Of a stretch of DNA of 64,000 nt, positions 48,618 through 58,491 are shown piece by piece (position 1 is the first letter of the stretch; the number at the start of each line of letters is the position of its first letter). Below the pieces are notes generated by a model. It was not told the DNA's origin. It saw only the letters and a list, made by a program, of their open reading frames with translations, and searched no databases. The translations under genes and the position numbers were made by a program. The stretch is from Sphingorhabdus sp. (GTDB lineage: Bacteria > Pseudomonadota > Alphaproteobacteria > Sphingomonadales > Sphingomonadaceae). The stretch is taken from contig NZ_JBJXFW010000006.1 of assembly GCF_046154385.1 (NCBI RefSeq), forward strand, positions 38,705-102,704. Direction: 5' to 3'.

Positions 48618-50533
48618 TGTCGCAAGCCGATACGATCTACAAGACCGACGCCCTCATCGCCGAGGATATCGACGCCTATCTGGAAACGCACCAGCATAAA
48701 AGCCTGCTGCGGTTTATCACCTGCGGCAGCGTGGATGACGGTAAATCGACCTTGATCGGTCGTCTGCTCTATGATTCCAAGATGATCTTTGAAGATCAAC
48801 TGGAAGCGTTGCAGGCCGACAGCAAACGGGTCGGCACACAAGGTCAGGAAATCGATTTTGCCTTGCTGGTCGACGGCTTGGCTGCCGAGCGGGAACAGGG
48901 CATCACGATCGATGTCGCCTATCGCTTTTTTGCAACGGAAAAGCGCAAGTTCATCGTTGCGGACTGCCCCGGCCATGAACAATATACGCGCAACATGATC
49001 ACCGGCGCATCCACCGCGGATCTCGCGATCCTGCTGGTCGATGCACGTAAGGGCATTATCGTCCAGACACGCCGCCATGCTTATCTGGCGCACCTGATCG
49101 GTGTGAAAAACGTCGTTCTCGCGGTTAACAAGATGGACCTGATCGGCTATGATCAGGACCGGTATAACGCCATTTGCGACGACTTCCGCGCGTTCGTGCG
49201 CGAAGCAGGCATCGCCGAAAATTACACGTGCATCCCTATTTCAGGTTTGGCGGGCGACAATATCACGTCGGTTTCGGAAAACACCCCTTGGTATCAGGGC
49301 GCGACATTGATGGAGCATCTGGAAACCGTCGAGCTCAACAATCAGCAAGACCAGAGCAAGGCATTCCGGATGCCGGTGCAATGGGTGAACCGTCCGAATC
49401 TCGATTTCCGGGGCTTTTCCGGGTTGATTTCGACAGGTTCGGTGAAACCGGGTGACGCCGTGCGCGTGCTGCCTTCGGGCAAGACTTCGACGGTGACCAA
49501 AGTCGTGACACTCGATGGCGATCTGGACGAAGCCGTCGCGGGACAATCCGTCACGATTTGCTTTGCCGACGAAGTCGATTGTTCGCGTGGCAATGTTATT
49601 TCCGTGGCCGACAATCCACCCGAAGTATCTGACCAGTTTGAAACCACCCTTGTCTGGATGGATGACGACCCCTTGCATGTCGGGCGGTCTTATTGGCTAA
49701 AGCTCGGTACACAGATTGTATCGGCTACAGTGCAACAGCCCAAATATACTGTCAATGTAAACACAATGGAGCATCTGGCGGCCAAGACGCTCGAACTCAA
49801 CGCCATCGGGGTTGCCGAGCTTGCCACCGACAAGCCCATCGTTTTTGAACCTTATGCCGACAGCCGCGCGCTGGGCGGGTTCATCCTCATCGACAAGATC
49901 ACCAACCGCACGGTGGGTGCAGGTATGCTGCACTTCAGCTTGCGGCGCGCGCAGAATGTGCACTGGCAAGCGACCGATATCGGCCGTGAGGAACATGCCA
50001 ATCTGAAGAACCAGAAGCCCCGCGTGCTGTGGTTCACCGGTCTGTCGGGTTCAGGAAAATCGACCATCGCCAATGAAGTTGAAAAACGCCTGAACCTGAT
50101 GAACCGCCACACCTTCCTGCTGGACGGTGACAATGTGCGCCACGGCCTGAACAAGGATCTGGGCTTCACAGAAGCTGACCGCATTGAAAACATCCGCCGC
50201 GTCGGCGAAGTCGCGAAGCTGATGACGGACGCGGGACTTATTGTCCTGACCGCCTTCATTTCGCCCTTCCGTGCCGAACGCGACATGGTTCGCGCCATGA
50301 TGCCCGAAGGCGAGTTTGTCGAAATCTTCGTCGATACGCCGCTTGAGGTTGCCGAAGAACGTGACGTGAAAGGCCTCTACAAAAAGGCGCGAAGCGGTGC
50401 GTTGAAGAATTTCACGGGTATCGACAGCCCCTATGAGGCACCGTTCAATCCTGAAATTCGCGTCAACACGGTCGAGATGACAGCGGCAGATGCTGCCGAA
50501 CATATCATCCGTCTCCTGATGCCACTGAAGTGA
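48617..50533 (+). CDS. cysNC: Bifunctional sulfate adenylyltransferase subunit 1 / adenylylsulfate kinase (CysN-CysC fusion)
   Basis: GTPase motifs [23 protein letters not shown] and NKMD. The C-terminal APS kinase domain has the P-loop [17 protein letters not shown]-type overlap with cysD. Confidence 0.95.
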   Translation: MSQADTIYKTDALIAEDIDAYLETHQHKSLLRFITCGSVDDGKSTLIGRLLYDSKMIFEDQLEALQADSKRVGTQGQEIDFALLVDGLAAEREQGITIDVAYRFFATEKRKFIVADCPGHEQYTRNMITGASTADLAILLVDARKGIIVQTRRHAYLAHLIGVKNVVLAVNKMDLIGYDQDRYNAICDDFRAFVREAGIAENYTCIPISGLAGDNITSVSENTPWYQGATLMEHLETVELNNQQDQSKAFRMPVQWVNRPNLDFRGFSGLISTGSVKPGDAVRVLPSGKTSTVTKVVTLDGDLDEAVAGQSVTICFADEVDCSRGNVISVADNPPEVSDQFETTLVWMDDDPLHVGRSYWLKLGTQIVSATVQQPKYTVNVNTMEHLAAKTLELNAIGVAELATDKPIVFEPYADSRALGGFILIDKITNRTVGAGMLHFSLRRAQNVHWQATDIGREEHANLKNQKPRVLWFTGLSGSGKSTIANEVEKRLNLMNRHTFLLDGDNVRHGLNKDLGFTEADRIENIRRVGEVAKLMTDAGLIVLTAFISPFRAERDMVRAMMPEGEFVEIFVDTPLEVAEERDVKGLYKKARSGALKNFTGIDSPYEAPFNPEIRVNTVEMTAADAAEHIIRLLMPLK

Positions 50534-51273
50534 GGATGGAGATGAACGACAGCGAATTAGCAGCGCATCTGGCAGAAGTAGCAGGACGATTGTTACTGGA
50601 GGTGCGGGCATCTGGCCTGCTCAGCCTGAAGGCATTGGGGAAGGCTGGCGACCAGACAGCGAACCAGTTCCTGTGCCACGCGCTGCGCGAACAGCGTCCC
50701 GATGACGGTTTGTTATCCGAAGAAGAAAAGGATAATGCCGACCGCCTGTCCAAATCCCGCGTGTGGATCATCGATCCCGTCGATGGCACACGAGAATATG
50801 GGGAAGAACGAACGGATTGGGCCGTGCATGTCGCGCTTGCCATCAACGGTGTTCCAACCATCGGCGCGGTTGCGTTGCCCGGACTTGATCTTGTGCTTCG
50901 GACAGACCAGCCACAGCCTTTGCCACCCGCCGCTGAAAAGCCCCGGATGCTGGTTAGCCGTACCCGGCCTGCTGCAGAAGCCGTGGCGGTTGCCGAGAAA
51001 ATTGGAGCCGAACTTGTCCCCATGGGCAGCGCAGGCGCGAAGGCAATGGCAGTCGTGCGCGGTGAAGCGGAAATTTATCTGCACACCGGCGGCCAATATG
51101 AATGGGACAGCTGTGCGCCCGCAGCCGTTGCTGCCGCTTATGGGCTGCACATCAGCCGGGTCGACGGTAGCCCGCTGATTTATAATCAGGCCGATGTCTA
51201 TATGCCGGACTTGCTTATCTGCCGTCCGGAATGGGCGGGACCCGTTTTGGAACTGGTGCGCGGCTTCGGTTAA
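50530..51273 (+). CDS. cysQ: 3'(2'),5'-bisphosphate nucleotidase CysQ
   Basis: Inositol-monophosphatase-fold motifs LSEEE and [12 protein letters not shown], then ...WDSCAPAAV.... Start is ambiguous (GTG 50530, ATG 50536 or 50542). Confidence 0.88.
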   Translation: MRMEMNDSELAAHLAEVAGRLLLEVRASGLLSLKALGKAGDQTANQFLCHALREQRPDDGLLSEEEKDNADRLSKSRVWIIDPVDGTREYGEERTDWAVHVALAINGVPTIGAVALPGLDLVLRTDQPQPLPPAAEKPRMLVSRTRPAAEAVAVAEKIGAELVPMGSAGAKAMAVVRGEAEIYLHTGGQYEWDSCAPAAVAAAYGLHISRVDGSPLIYNQADVYMPDLLICRPEWAGPVLELVRGFG

Positions 51274-51314
51274 ATCGGTTTGTCTCCGATGGGGAAAGTT
51301 GCTACTCAACACAG

Positions 51315-52016
51315 ATGAGCGATTGCACCCAATGCGTAGTCCGTAACAGGGCCATCTGTTCCAGCTTGCGGCCCGACGAGCTCGCTATGCTTGGTCAAAA
51401 GGGGCGGAAGCAATCGGTTAAACGCGGCCAGACTCTGGTGTGGGAAGGCGATGACGCTCTGGTCGTTGCCAATGTCATCACGGGTGTATTGAAATTAAGC
51501 GTTTCAACCGCCGATGGCCGTGAGCAGATTGTGGGCGTGGTGTTTCCGTCCGATTTCATCGGGCGGCCTTTCGGAAAAGAAAGCCCCTATAGTGTGACCG
51601 CCTTGAGCGACGCCGAAGTGTGCGTTTTCCAGCGCTCGGCCTTTGACCAGTTCGCAAGGGAACATCCGGATTTGCAGCATAAATTGTTGCAACGCACGCT
51701 GATAGAGCTCGACGATGCACGCCAATGGATGATGCTGCTGGGCAAAAAAACCGCCGAAGAGCGGATCGCGACCTTGCTTATCCGCATTTCCGAACGGTTA
51801 AGTGCCGACGGATGCTCCGGACCCGCGATTAACCTAGACGAATTTGAATTGCCCATGGATCGCCAGCAAATGGCAGATATTCTGGGGCTCACGATCGAAA
51901 CGGTTAGCCGGCAAATGACGCGCATCAAGGCCAGTGGTGTTATTACTTTGCCGGATCGTCGCCGTGTGGTCATCAATGACCGTGGCGCACTCAAACATCT
52001 CGCCGAGGCAGCGTAA
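51315..52016 (+). CDS. Crp/Fnr-family transcriptional regulator (FnrL-like, N-terminal Cys cluster)
   Basis: The N-terminus MSDCTQCVVRNRAIC carries clustered cysteines as in FNR. It also has a cNMP-binding-like fold and the C-terminal HTH QMADILGLTIETVSRQMTRIK. Confidence 0.8.
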   Translation: MSDCTQCVVRNRAICSSLRPDELAMLGQKGRKQSVKRGQTLVWEGDDALVVANVITGVLKLSVSTADGREQIVGVVFPSDFIGRPFGKESPYSVTALSDAEVCVFQRSAFDQFAREHPDLQHKLLQRTLIELDDARQWMMLLGKKTAEERIATLLIRISERLSADGCSGPAINLDEFELPMDRQQMADILGLTIETVSRQMTRIKASGVITLPDRRRVVINDRGALKHLAEAA

Positions 52017-52138
52017 GTCCCGTCTTTCGAAATATCTGATGATCACATCTTCCGACCATGCAGGTGACCGATTACACGCTTCTGTCCGGAACAATCTGGA
52101 ATACACAATAATCTGTTGTCTAGGCTCGTCCTCCTGAT

Positions 52139-53287
52139 ATGGCGAAACCCATGCATGGGGATGAGCGTTTCGGGCGAGATAAAAGGGTGCGCCTCTTGGG
52201 GCCGGTCAGGCTTGACAGCGGGGCGGAATTTGCACCGGTGGATTTCGCCTATGAAACATACGGGCCACTTAACGCTGATCGGTCCAATGCGATATTGATT
52301 TGCCATGCGTTGACGGGTGATCAATATGTGGCTTCGACTCATCCGGTCACGGGCAAGGATGGCTGGTGGACGCGGATGGTGGGTCCGGGCAAACCGATTG
52401 ATCCGGAACGCCATTGCATTATCAGCATCAATGTCATGGGCAGCTGCATGGGATCATCGGGTCCCGCCAGCACCGATCCGTCGACAGGTGGTCCATATGG
52501 CATGGCTTTCCCCGTGATTACGATCGCCGACATGGTGCGGGCGCAGGCAATATTGCTCGACCATTTGGGCATTGAAACATTGTCCGCGGTCGTCGGCGGG
52601 TCCATGGGTGGCATGCAGGCGTTAAGCTGGGCCGCGCTCTATCCCGGACGGGTGCGTTCTGCCGTGGTGATCGCATCGACAGCGCGGCATTCGGCCCAGA
52701 ATATCGCCTTTCACGAGGTCGGCCGACAGGCGATCATGGCCGATCCGCGCTGGAACAACGGCGCATATTATGGACGCGAGGCTCCGGCGTCCGGTTTGGC
52801 AGTTGCCCGTATGGCCGCGCATATCACCTATTTGTCCGAAGCCGGATTAACCGAAAAGTTCGGCCGCCGCCTGCAAAACCGTCCCGACGGAAGCATGGGC
52901 GCGAAAAGCTTCGGCTTCGATGCGGATTTTCAGGTGGAAAGCTATTTGCGCTATCAAGGACTTAGTTTCGTCGACCGCTTCGATGCCAATTCTTATCTCT
53001 ATATTACCCGTGCGATGGACTATTTCGATTTGGCCGAACCGCATGACGGGGTGCTGGCCAAGGCTTTTGCGGCGACAAAAGCACGGTTTTGCCTCATCAG
53101 TTTTGACAGTGACTGGCTGTACCCAACATCGGAATCGCGCCGCATTGTCCATGCATTAAATGCTGCAGGGGCTGCGGCGAGCTTTGTCGAACTGTCCAGT
53201 CCCTTTGGCCATGACAGCTTTCTGCTCGACGCACCTGAAATGAACCGGATTGTCGACGGGTTCTTAAGGGCAGGAGAAAATCTGTGA
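52139..53287 (+). CDS. metX: Homoserine O-acetyltransferase
   Basis: ...[26 protein letters not shown]... and the nucleophile elbow [12 protein letters not shown], then ...SFDSDWLYP...GHDSFL. Confidence 0.93.
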   Translation: MAKPMHGDERFGRDKRVRLLGPVRLDSGAEFAPVDFAYETYGPLNADRSNAILICHALTGDQYVASTHPVTGKDGWWTRMVGPGKPIDPERHCIISINVMGSCMGSSGPASTDPSTGGPYGMAFPVITIADMVRAQAILLDHLGIETLSAVVGGSMGGMQALSWAALYPGRVRSAVVIASTARHSAQNIAFHEVGRQAIMADPRWNNGAYYGREAPASGLAVARMAAHITYLSEAGLTEKFGRRLQNRPDGSMGAKSFGFDADFQVESYLRYQGLSFVDRFDANSYLYITRAMDYFDLAEPHDGVLAKAFAATKARFCLISFDSDWLYPTSESRRIVHALNAAGAAASFVELSSPFGHDSFLLDAPEMNRIVDGFLRAGENL

Positions 53288-53877
53288 CGCAATTGCGTTC
53301 CGATCTTGCGATTATCGCGCGCAATGTCCGCGGCGGATCACGCATACTCGACGTCGGCTGTGGCGATGGCCAATTGATGGCGGCCCTGCGCGATCACAAA
53401 CAGGTCGATGCCCGTGGGCTGGAAATTGATCCGGGCAATGTCGCAACTGCGGTTTCGCGAGGGTTGTCGGTGGTTCAAGGGGATGCAGATAGCGATCTGG
53501 TCGACTATCCCGACGGGTGTTTCGACTATGTGATCCTGAGCCAGACGTTACAGACTACCCGGCGTCCCGATCTCGTACTTGACCATATGTTGCGTATCGG
53601 GCGGCAGGCGTTTGTATCATTCCCCAATTTCGCACAATGGCGCATTCGCATCGCCCATATGTTTGGCGGCCAGATGCCGGTAACCGAACAATTGCCCCAT
53701 CGATGGTATGACACGCCCAATATCCACCACGTTACGATCGACGATTTCCGCAGTTTCCTGAAAGATCGGGGCGTAGTGATCGAAGGGCAATGGTTCCTGT
53801 CGGGCAACCGGCCGCGCAAAAAGGCGCTGGCCAATCTGATGGCGGAACATGCGGTATTCCTGCTGCGGAAGGGCTAG
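53284..53877 (+). CDS. metW: Methionine biosynthesis protein MetW
   Basis: SAM-methyltransferase-like [12 protein letters not shown] and ...YVILSQTLQ.... GTGA overlap with metX, the usual metXW arrangement. Confidence 0.9.
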   Translation: MTQLRSDLAIIARNVRGGSRILDVGCGDGQLMAALRDHKQVDARGLEIDPGNVATAVSRGLSVVQGDADSDLVDYPDGCFDYVILSQTLQTTRRPDLVLDHMLRIGRQAFVSFPNFAQWRIRIAHMFGGQMPVTEQLPHRWYDTPNIHHVTIDDFRSFLKDRGVVIEGQWFLSGNRPRKKALANLMAEHAVFLLRKG

Positions 53878-53891
53878 GGCTGCTTTTCTAG

Positions 53892-54109
53892 GTTCAGGGT
53901 GACGGGATGTTAGGGTATATGGGGTTGAGCCGAAGGTGATGCAAAATCGACCTCTCTTCCGCACGCGGAAGGGGGAATAAACCCTTTTTCTCCCCTCCCG
54001 CGTGCGGGAGGGGCCGGGGGGGGGTGAGTCGGCGAGGTCCCAAGGCGCGCCTGCGGCACGCCTCCCTCCCCTAGCCCCTCCCGCAGGCGGGAGGGGGATA
54101 ATATGTAAG
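53892..54109. repeat. GC-rich triple-hairpin repeat (B family), copy 3, preceded by a family-A half-site fragment
   Basis: GTTCAGGGTGAC fragment (53892-53903). Then CTCTTCCGCACGCGGAAGGGGG, CCCCTCCCGCGTGCGGGAGGGG and CCCCTCCCGCAGGCGGGAGGGGG, linked by GGGTGAGTCGGCGAGGTCCCAAGGCGCGCCTGCGGCACGCC. Same orientation as the 46150-46325 copy. Confidence 0.85.
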
Positions 54110-54200
54110 GCATATAAGCGCGTCGGGATTTTGACAGTCGGACTTTTGACACTATCAAAATACATCATAAATATCTGAAATAAAATTACATAATCATATT

Positions 54201-54216
54201 TGGCACGGCAATTGCT
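54201..54216 (+). promoter_or_regulatory. Sigma-54 (RpoN) promoter upstream of flgB
   Basis: TGGCACggcaaTTGCT matches TGGCAC-N5-TTGCW exactly in the -24 GG and -12 GC elements. It ends 52 nt before the flgB ATG and sits in an AT-rich upstream region. Confidence 0.8.
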
Positions 54217-54267
54217 GAACTACATTCGTGAGCACCTGAACCGGTGCAGTAACGAAAGGAGTCGGCC

Positions 54268-54609
54268 ATGCCGTCACTGGACAATATGTTCGGCATTCAT
54301 GCCACCGCACTCAAGCTGCGTGAACAGCGTATGGGGATGATTGCGTCAAATATCGCGAACGCCGCGACGCCGGGGTACAAGGCCCGCGACATTGAATTTT
54401 CATCCGCATTGAAAATGGCGGAACAAGGGCAATCACCCGCAGCCGCGATCCAATATCGTATTCCGGTCCAACCTTCATTGGATGGAAATACCGTAGAGCT
54501 TGCCACTGAACAAACCGCCTTTGCCGAAAACGCCCTCGCCTACCGGTCGAGCCTGTCTTTTCTGCAAGGCCGCATTGGCACGCTGACCCGCGCGCTTAAG
54601 GGAGAATGA
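54268..54609 (+). CDS. flgB: Flagellar basal-body rod protein FlgB
   Basis: LREQRMGMIASNIANAATPGYKARD is the rod-protein N-terminal signature. 113 aa. AAGGAG RBS. Confidence 0.9.
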   Translation: MPSLDNMFGIHATALKLREQRMGMIASNIANAATPGYKARDIEFSSALKMAEQGQSPAAAIQYRIPVQPSLDGNTVELATEQTAFAENALAYRSSLSFLQGRIGTLTRALKGE

Positions 54610-55016
54610 AGATGGCCGAAAATCTATCTATATTCGATATCAGCGGACGGGCAATGGCGGCGCAGCTTGTGCGTTTGAACACAACCGCTTCCAACCTTGC
54701 CAATGCCGGAACAGTCTCAGGCAGCGAAAATACGGCCTTTCGTTCGATGAAGCCGGTTTTTCGGACCGTCATGGGCGAAGCGGGCAAAGCGACCGTGCAG
54801 GTCGACCGTATCGACAATGGCACCACAGCCCCTGTCAAACGCTACCAACCCGACCACCCGCTTGCCGACAAGGAAGGCAATGTCTGGGAAGCTGCCGTCG
54901 ATAGTGCGGCGGAGATGGTCGAGATGCTCGAAACTTCACGCCAATATCAAAACAACGTTCAGGTGCTTGCGACCGCCAAGGGCCTGATCAGCGAAACCCT
55001 GCGGTTAGGACAATAA
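54606..55016 (+). CDS. flgC: Flagellar basal-body rod protein FlgC
   Basis: ISGRAMAAQLVRLNTTASNLANAGT... and the C-terminal EMVEMLETSRQYQNNVQVL. Confidence 0.92.
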   Translation: MKMAENLSIFDISGRAMAAQLVRLNTTASNLANAGTVSGSENTAFRSMKPVFRTVMGEAGKATVQVDRIDNGTTAPVKRYQPDHPLADKEGNVWEAAVDSAAEMVEMLETSRQYQNNVQVLATAKGLISETLRLGQ

Positions 55017-55018
55017 TC

Positions 55019-55330
55019 ATGACAAGCGTATCTGCTGTAAACTCACGGAACTTGCCCGTCCTTTCCAAGGACGCCGCGCAAAAACAATTGGGCCAGAATG
55101 ACTTTCTGCGCCTTATGACCACACAATTGAAGGAACAGGATCCGTTCAACCCGGTCGATAACCAGGCGATGGTTGCCCAAATGGCCCAGTTTTCGAGCGT
55201 GGCCGGCATTTCTGAAATGAACACATCGCTGAAATCCATAGCCGAACAGATATCGGCTCAAACCGCGCTGCTGACTGATTTCAAATCGTCAGGCGCGGCA
55301 GCGACCACCCCGTCCACCACAGGAGTATAA
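55019..55330 (+). CDS. flgD: Flagellar hook-capping protein FlgD, short form (N-terminal domain only)
   Basis: LGQNDFLRLMTTQLKEQDPFNPVDNQAMVAQMAQFSSVAGI is the FlgD N-terminal motif. Only 103 aa. The next gene starts 3 nt after its stop, so no room is left for a C-terminal domain. Confidence 0.8.
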   Translation: MTSVSAVNSRNLPVLSKDAAQKQLGQNDFLRLMTTQLKEQDPFNPVDNQAMVAQMAQFSSVAGISEMNTSLKSIAEQISAQTALLTDFKSSGAAATTPSTTGV

Positions 55331-55333
55331 CCC

Positions 55334-56161
55334 ATGTCATTTTACACTTCATTATCTGGGCTGAAAGGCGCGCAAACCGATCTTTCGGTAATCTCGAATA
55401 ACCTCGCCAACGTTGGCTCGACGGGCTTCAAGAAAAGCCGCGCCCAATTTGGTGACCTGTTCGCCAGTGCGCCGACCCAAACCACCAAGATGATTGCAGG
55501 ACAAGGCACGCGCCTGAACTCCGTCGTGCAGCAGTTTACCCAAGGCACGTTGGAAGCATCCGACAAAACGCTCGATCTGGCAATTGCCGGTGAAGGATTT
55601 TTCGTATCGCGCGGTGATCCACCCCGTGCAGCGGTAACATACACCCGCAACGGCGCGTTTCAGGTCAATGCGAACCGGCAGGTTGTCGATACTTTGGGAT
55701 CCACCTTGCAGCTTTTACCGGTCGATGCGGCGGGCAACGTGACATCCGCAACATTGGGCGCCGCATTTGACTTTGTATTGCCGGCCAACTCGCCTGCTGA
55801 TCCAACGGTCGCACTTGTGAACGTGTCGGTTGGCATTGATGGCCTTGTTTCGGCGACTTACGCCGATGGCTCGAGTGAACTACTGGGCAAGGTCGCCATG
55901 GCCAGCTTTACTGCGCAAGAAGGACTGCGTCCTGTCGGTGATGCCCATTGGCAATCCACCGGTGATAGCGGTGCGCCGTCGATTGATGCCGCAACCAATG
56001 GTCCTTTGGGTACCATCCGCTCGGGTGCATTGGAACGCGCCAATGTCGATGTGACTGAAGAACTGGTCGCATTGATTTCGGCGCAGCGCAACTTTCAGGC
56101 CAATGCCAAAGCAATCGAAACCGCGTCGAACATGACGCAGACGATTGTCCAGATCAACTAA
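55334..56161 (+). CDS. flgE: Flagellar hook protein FlgE, unusually short (275 aa)
   Basis: N-terminus MSFYTSLSGLKGAQTDLSVISNNLANVGSTGFKKSRAQF. C-terminus LERANVDVTEELVALISAQRNFQANAKAIETASNMTQTIV. Position between flgD and flgF supports the call. Confidence 0.8.
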   Translation: MSFYTSLSGLKGAQTDLSVISNNLANVGSTGFKKSRAQFGDLFASAPTQTTKMIAGQGTRLNSVVQQFTQGTLEASDKTLDLAIAGEGFFVSRGDPPRAAVTYTRNGAFQVNANRQVVDTLGSTLQLLPVDAAGNVTSATLGAAFDFVLPANSPADPTVALVNVSVGIDGLVSATYADGSSELLGKVAMASFTAQEGLRPVGDAHWQSTGDSGAPSIDAATNGPLGTIRSGALERANVDVTEELVALISAQRNFQANAKAIETASNMTQTIVQIN

Positions 56162-56184
56162 TAATGATGGCCAATAACTTCCTG

Positions 56185-56223
56185 CCTGTCTGCATAACGA
56201 AGATTATTCGGGGTGCAGACAGG
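56185..56223 (+). other. 10-bp stem hairpin between flgE and flgF
   Basis: CCTGTCTGCA - 19 nt loop - TGCAGACAGG, with no T tract. Confidence 0.4.
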
Positions 56224-56258
56224 ACCCGGAAATTGACCGCCGAAACCGGAGCAATGGC

Positions 56259-57002
56259 ATGGACCGTCTGATATATACCAGCCTGACCGCGATGCGCGGC
56301 TCTATGGCGCGGCAAACCGCCATTGCCAACAACCTTGCCAATGCCAACACGCCGGGATTTAAGGCCGATTTGGCCGAAGCGCAGTCCCTGTGGCTGGACG
56401 GACAAAGGCTGGACACACGCGCCTTTGCTTCAGAAGAGGTGTTGGCGGCGAATATGGACGCAGGCACCGTCGTTTCCACAGGCCGCGATCTTGATATTGC
56501 GATGTCGGGCGACTCCATGTTGGCGGTGCAAGCTGAAAATGGCGAAATCGGATACACCAAAAGGGGTGATCTATTGCTTTCGGCCAGCGGCCTTTTAACG
56601 ACGGGCGATGGCCGCCCGGTGCAAGGCAGTCAGGGCCCGATTACCCTTCCGCCGGCGGACAGTATCAACATCGATGAACAAGGCAGTGTCTGGATCGTCC
56701 CGCAAGGCGGCGATGCCAGCCAACCGCAACAGGTCGATAAATTGCAGATCGCCAGCCCGGCCGGTTCAAACATTGTTAAGGGGCTGGATGGTCTGTTCCG
56801 CGTCAAAGGCGGCGGCGTATTACCCGACGACCCCGACGCCCGTGTCACCACGCGCAACCTGGAAAGCTCAAATGTCAGCGCGACCGAAGCCCTCGTCAAG
56901 ATGATCGAGGCCAGCCGGTCGTGGGACACCCAACTCAAACTGCTTGGTGACGCGCGCGATATGGACGCTGCGACCGCCGACCTCATGTCAATGCCGCAAT
57001 AA
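56259..57002 (+). CDS. flgF: Flagellar basal-body rod protein FlgF
   Basis: MDRLIYTSLTAMRGSMARQTAIANNLANANTPGFKAD... and the C-terminal LESSNVSATEALVKMIEASRSWDTQLK. Confidence 0.9.
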   Translation: MDRLIYTSLTAMRGSMARQTAIANNLANANTPGFKADLAEAQSLWLDGQRLDTRAFASEEVLAANMDAGTVVSTGRDLDIAMSGDSMLAVQAENGEIGYTKRGDLLLSASGLLTTGDGRPVQGSQGPITLPPADSINIDEQGSVWIVPQGGDASQPQQVDKLQIASPAGSNIVKGLDGLFRVKGGGVLPDDPDARVTTRNLESSNVSATEALVKMIEASRSWDTQLKLLGDARDMDAATADLMSMPQ

Positions 57003-57014
57003 GGAATATAGATT

Positions 57015-57803
57015 ATGTCAAACGGAGCCCTTCATGTCGCCCGCACCGGTCTGGATGCCCAGAATATGCGGATGCAAGTCATCGCCAACAATCTGGCCAA
57101 CGTTAATACCGTCGGATTCAAAAAGGATCGCGCGAGTTTCGAAACACTGGCTTACCAAGCCATGACTGTCGCCGGTTCGGCATCGTCGGCGGAAAACAAA
57201 TATGCCATCGGCCTTAACCTTGGCACCGGCGTTCAGGTAAACGGAACCGCGCGCATCGACACGCAAGGCACGCTAACCACAACCGGAAACGGTATGGATG
57301 TCGCCATTGAAGGCGCAGGTTATTTTCAGGTGCAGATGCCCGACGGACGCATCGGCTATACCCGCGCAGGCGATTTCAGCCTGTCCGCCGAAGGTACGTT
57401 GGTGACCCCCGACGGCATGCCGGTTCAGCCGCAAATCCAAATCCCCGATGGCACAACCGCTGTTTCGATTGGTGCTGACGGGACCGTGTCCGCGCAAATT
57501 GCCGGACAAGCCGATGTCACTGAAGTCGGCCGTATCGAAATCGCCCGTTTTGCCAATTCGGCGGGCCTGCAATCGATCGGAAATAACCTTTTGGTCGAAA
57601 CGCCTGCTTCGGGCGCGCCGCAGGTTGGTGCTGCCGGTGAAGAAGGGCGCGGATCGCTGCGCTCGGGGGCGCTTGAGGCAAGCAATGTCAACGTCGTTGA
57701 AGAATTGGTCGACATGATCGAAACCCAACGCGCTTACGAGGTCAACAGCAAGATGATCCAGTCCACCGATGAAATGATGCGTAATGCCACACAAAACCTC
57801 TAA
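57015..57803 (+). CDS. flgG: Flagellar basal-body distal rod protein FlgG
   Basis: ALHVARTGLDAQNMRMQVIANNLANVNTVGFKKDRASFE... and LEASNVNVVEELVDMIETQRAYEVNSKMI. Confidence 0.95.
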   Translation: MSNGALHVARTGLDAQNMRMQVIANNLANVNTVGFKKDRASFETLAYQAMTVAGSASSAENKYAIGLNLGTGVQVNGTARIDTQGTLTTTGNGMDVAIEGAGYFQVQMPDGRIGYTRAGDFSLSAEGTLVTPDGMPVQPQIQIPDGTTAVSIGADGTVSAQIAGQADVTEVGRIEIARFANSAGLQSIGNNLLVETPASGAPQVGAAGEEGRGSLRSGALEASNVNVVEELVDMIETQRAYEVNSKMIQSTDEMMRNATQNL

Positions 57804-58491
57804 TCCCGCACAGATCGTGAAATCAAGTGCGCATCATTTTGGCAGGCTCGTTCTGGCCATGCTGGTCATGGCCGTGCCCGCGCCAGGGGTGGCCAAAGAA
57901 CGTAAGCTACCTGACAATTTTACGCCCACTGCGCCAGCGATGCCGGTGAACGCGCCGACACAAGGCGCAATATTCCTGGCCGAAAATTACAGCCCGCTGA
58001 CATCCGGCGCACGCGCCAGCCGTATTGGCGACTTGCTGACGATCATTCTTGTCGAACGAATGAGCGCAACAAAGAGCAATAGCGCAACTACAGGACGCAC
58101 AGGAAGCGTGGGTCTAACTCCACCGACCACCGGGCCGCTCAATTTGTTTAGTCCAAGCGATGTAAACATTAGTGGCGACCAGTCGTTTAATGGCAAAGGC
58201 GAAGCCTCCCAATCAAATGCCTTGTCCGGAGAAGTAAGTGTGACCGTTGCCGCCATCTATCCCAATGGCACGATGCTGGTAAAAGGCGAAAAGTTCGTCA
58301 CGTTGAATCGCGGCGATGAAAAAGTGCAGTTTTCAGGAATTGTCCGCCTCGCCGATATCAGCGTCGACAACCGGGTTCCTTCAACCCGCGTCGCTGATGC
58401 CCGCATCCGATATACCGGTAAGGGCGAAATCGCACGCGGCAGCTCGCAAGGCTGGCTGCAACGCTTCTTCTCCAGAATAAGTCCTTTCTGA
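57784..58491 (+). CDS. flgH: Flagellar L-ring protein FlgH
   Basis: ...ASRIGDLLTIILVE... and ...GNMLVKGEKFVTLNRGDEKVQFSGIVRLADIS.DNRV.S are the FlgH signature. Start may be the downstream GTG (57817). Confidence 0.9.
   Translation: MPHKTSNPAQIVKSSAHHFGRLVLAMLVMAVPAPGVAKERKLPDNFTPTAPAMPVNAPTQGAIFLAENYSPLTSGARASRIGDLLTIILVERMSATKSNSATTGRTGSVGLTPPTTGPLNLFSPSDVNISGDQSFNGKGEASQSNALSGEVSVTVAAIYPNGTMLVKGEKFVTLNRGDEKVQFSGIVRLADISVDNRVPSTRVADARIRYTGKGEIARGSSQGWLQRFFSRISPF

Noticed and set aside
51274-51314. FNR/FixK box (TTGAT-N4-ATCAA) near the Fnr-like gene or elsewhere in intergenic DNA.
   Set aside because: No intergenic match was found by eye. The only partial matches lie inside coding sequence.
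52017-52138. SAM-II, SAM-V or another SAM riboswitch upstream of metX, which is common in alphaproteobacteria.
   Set aside because: I could not find the characteristic AAAGCU-type pseudoknot 3' element or a convincing conserved fold in the 122-nt leader by eye. A covariance-model scan (Rfam SAM-II, SAM-V, SAM-SAH) would be needed to settle it.
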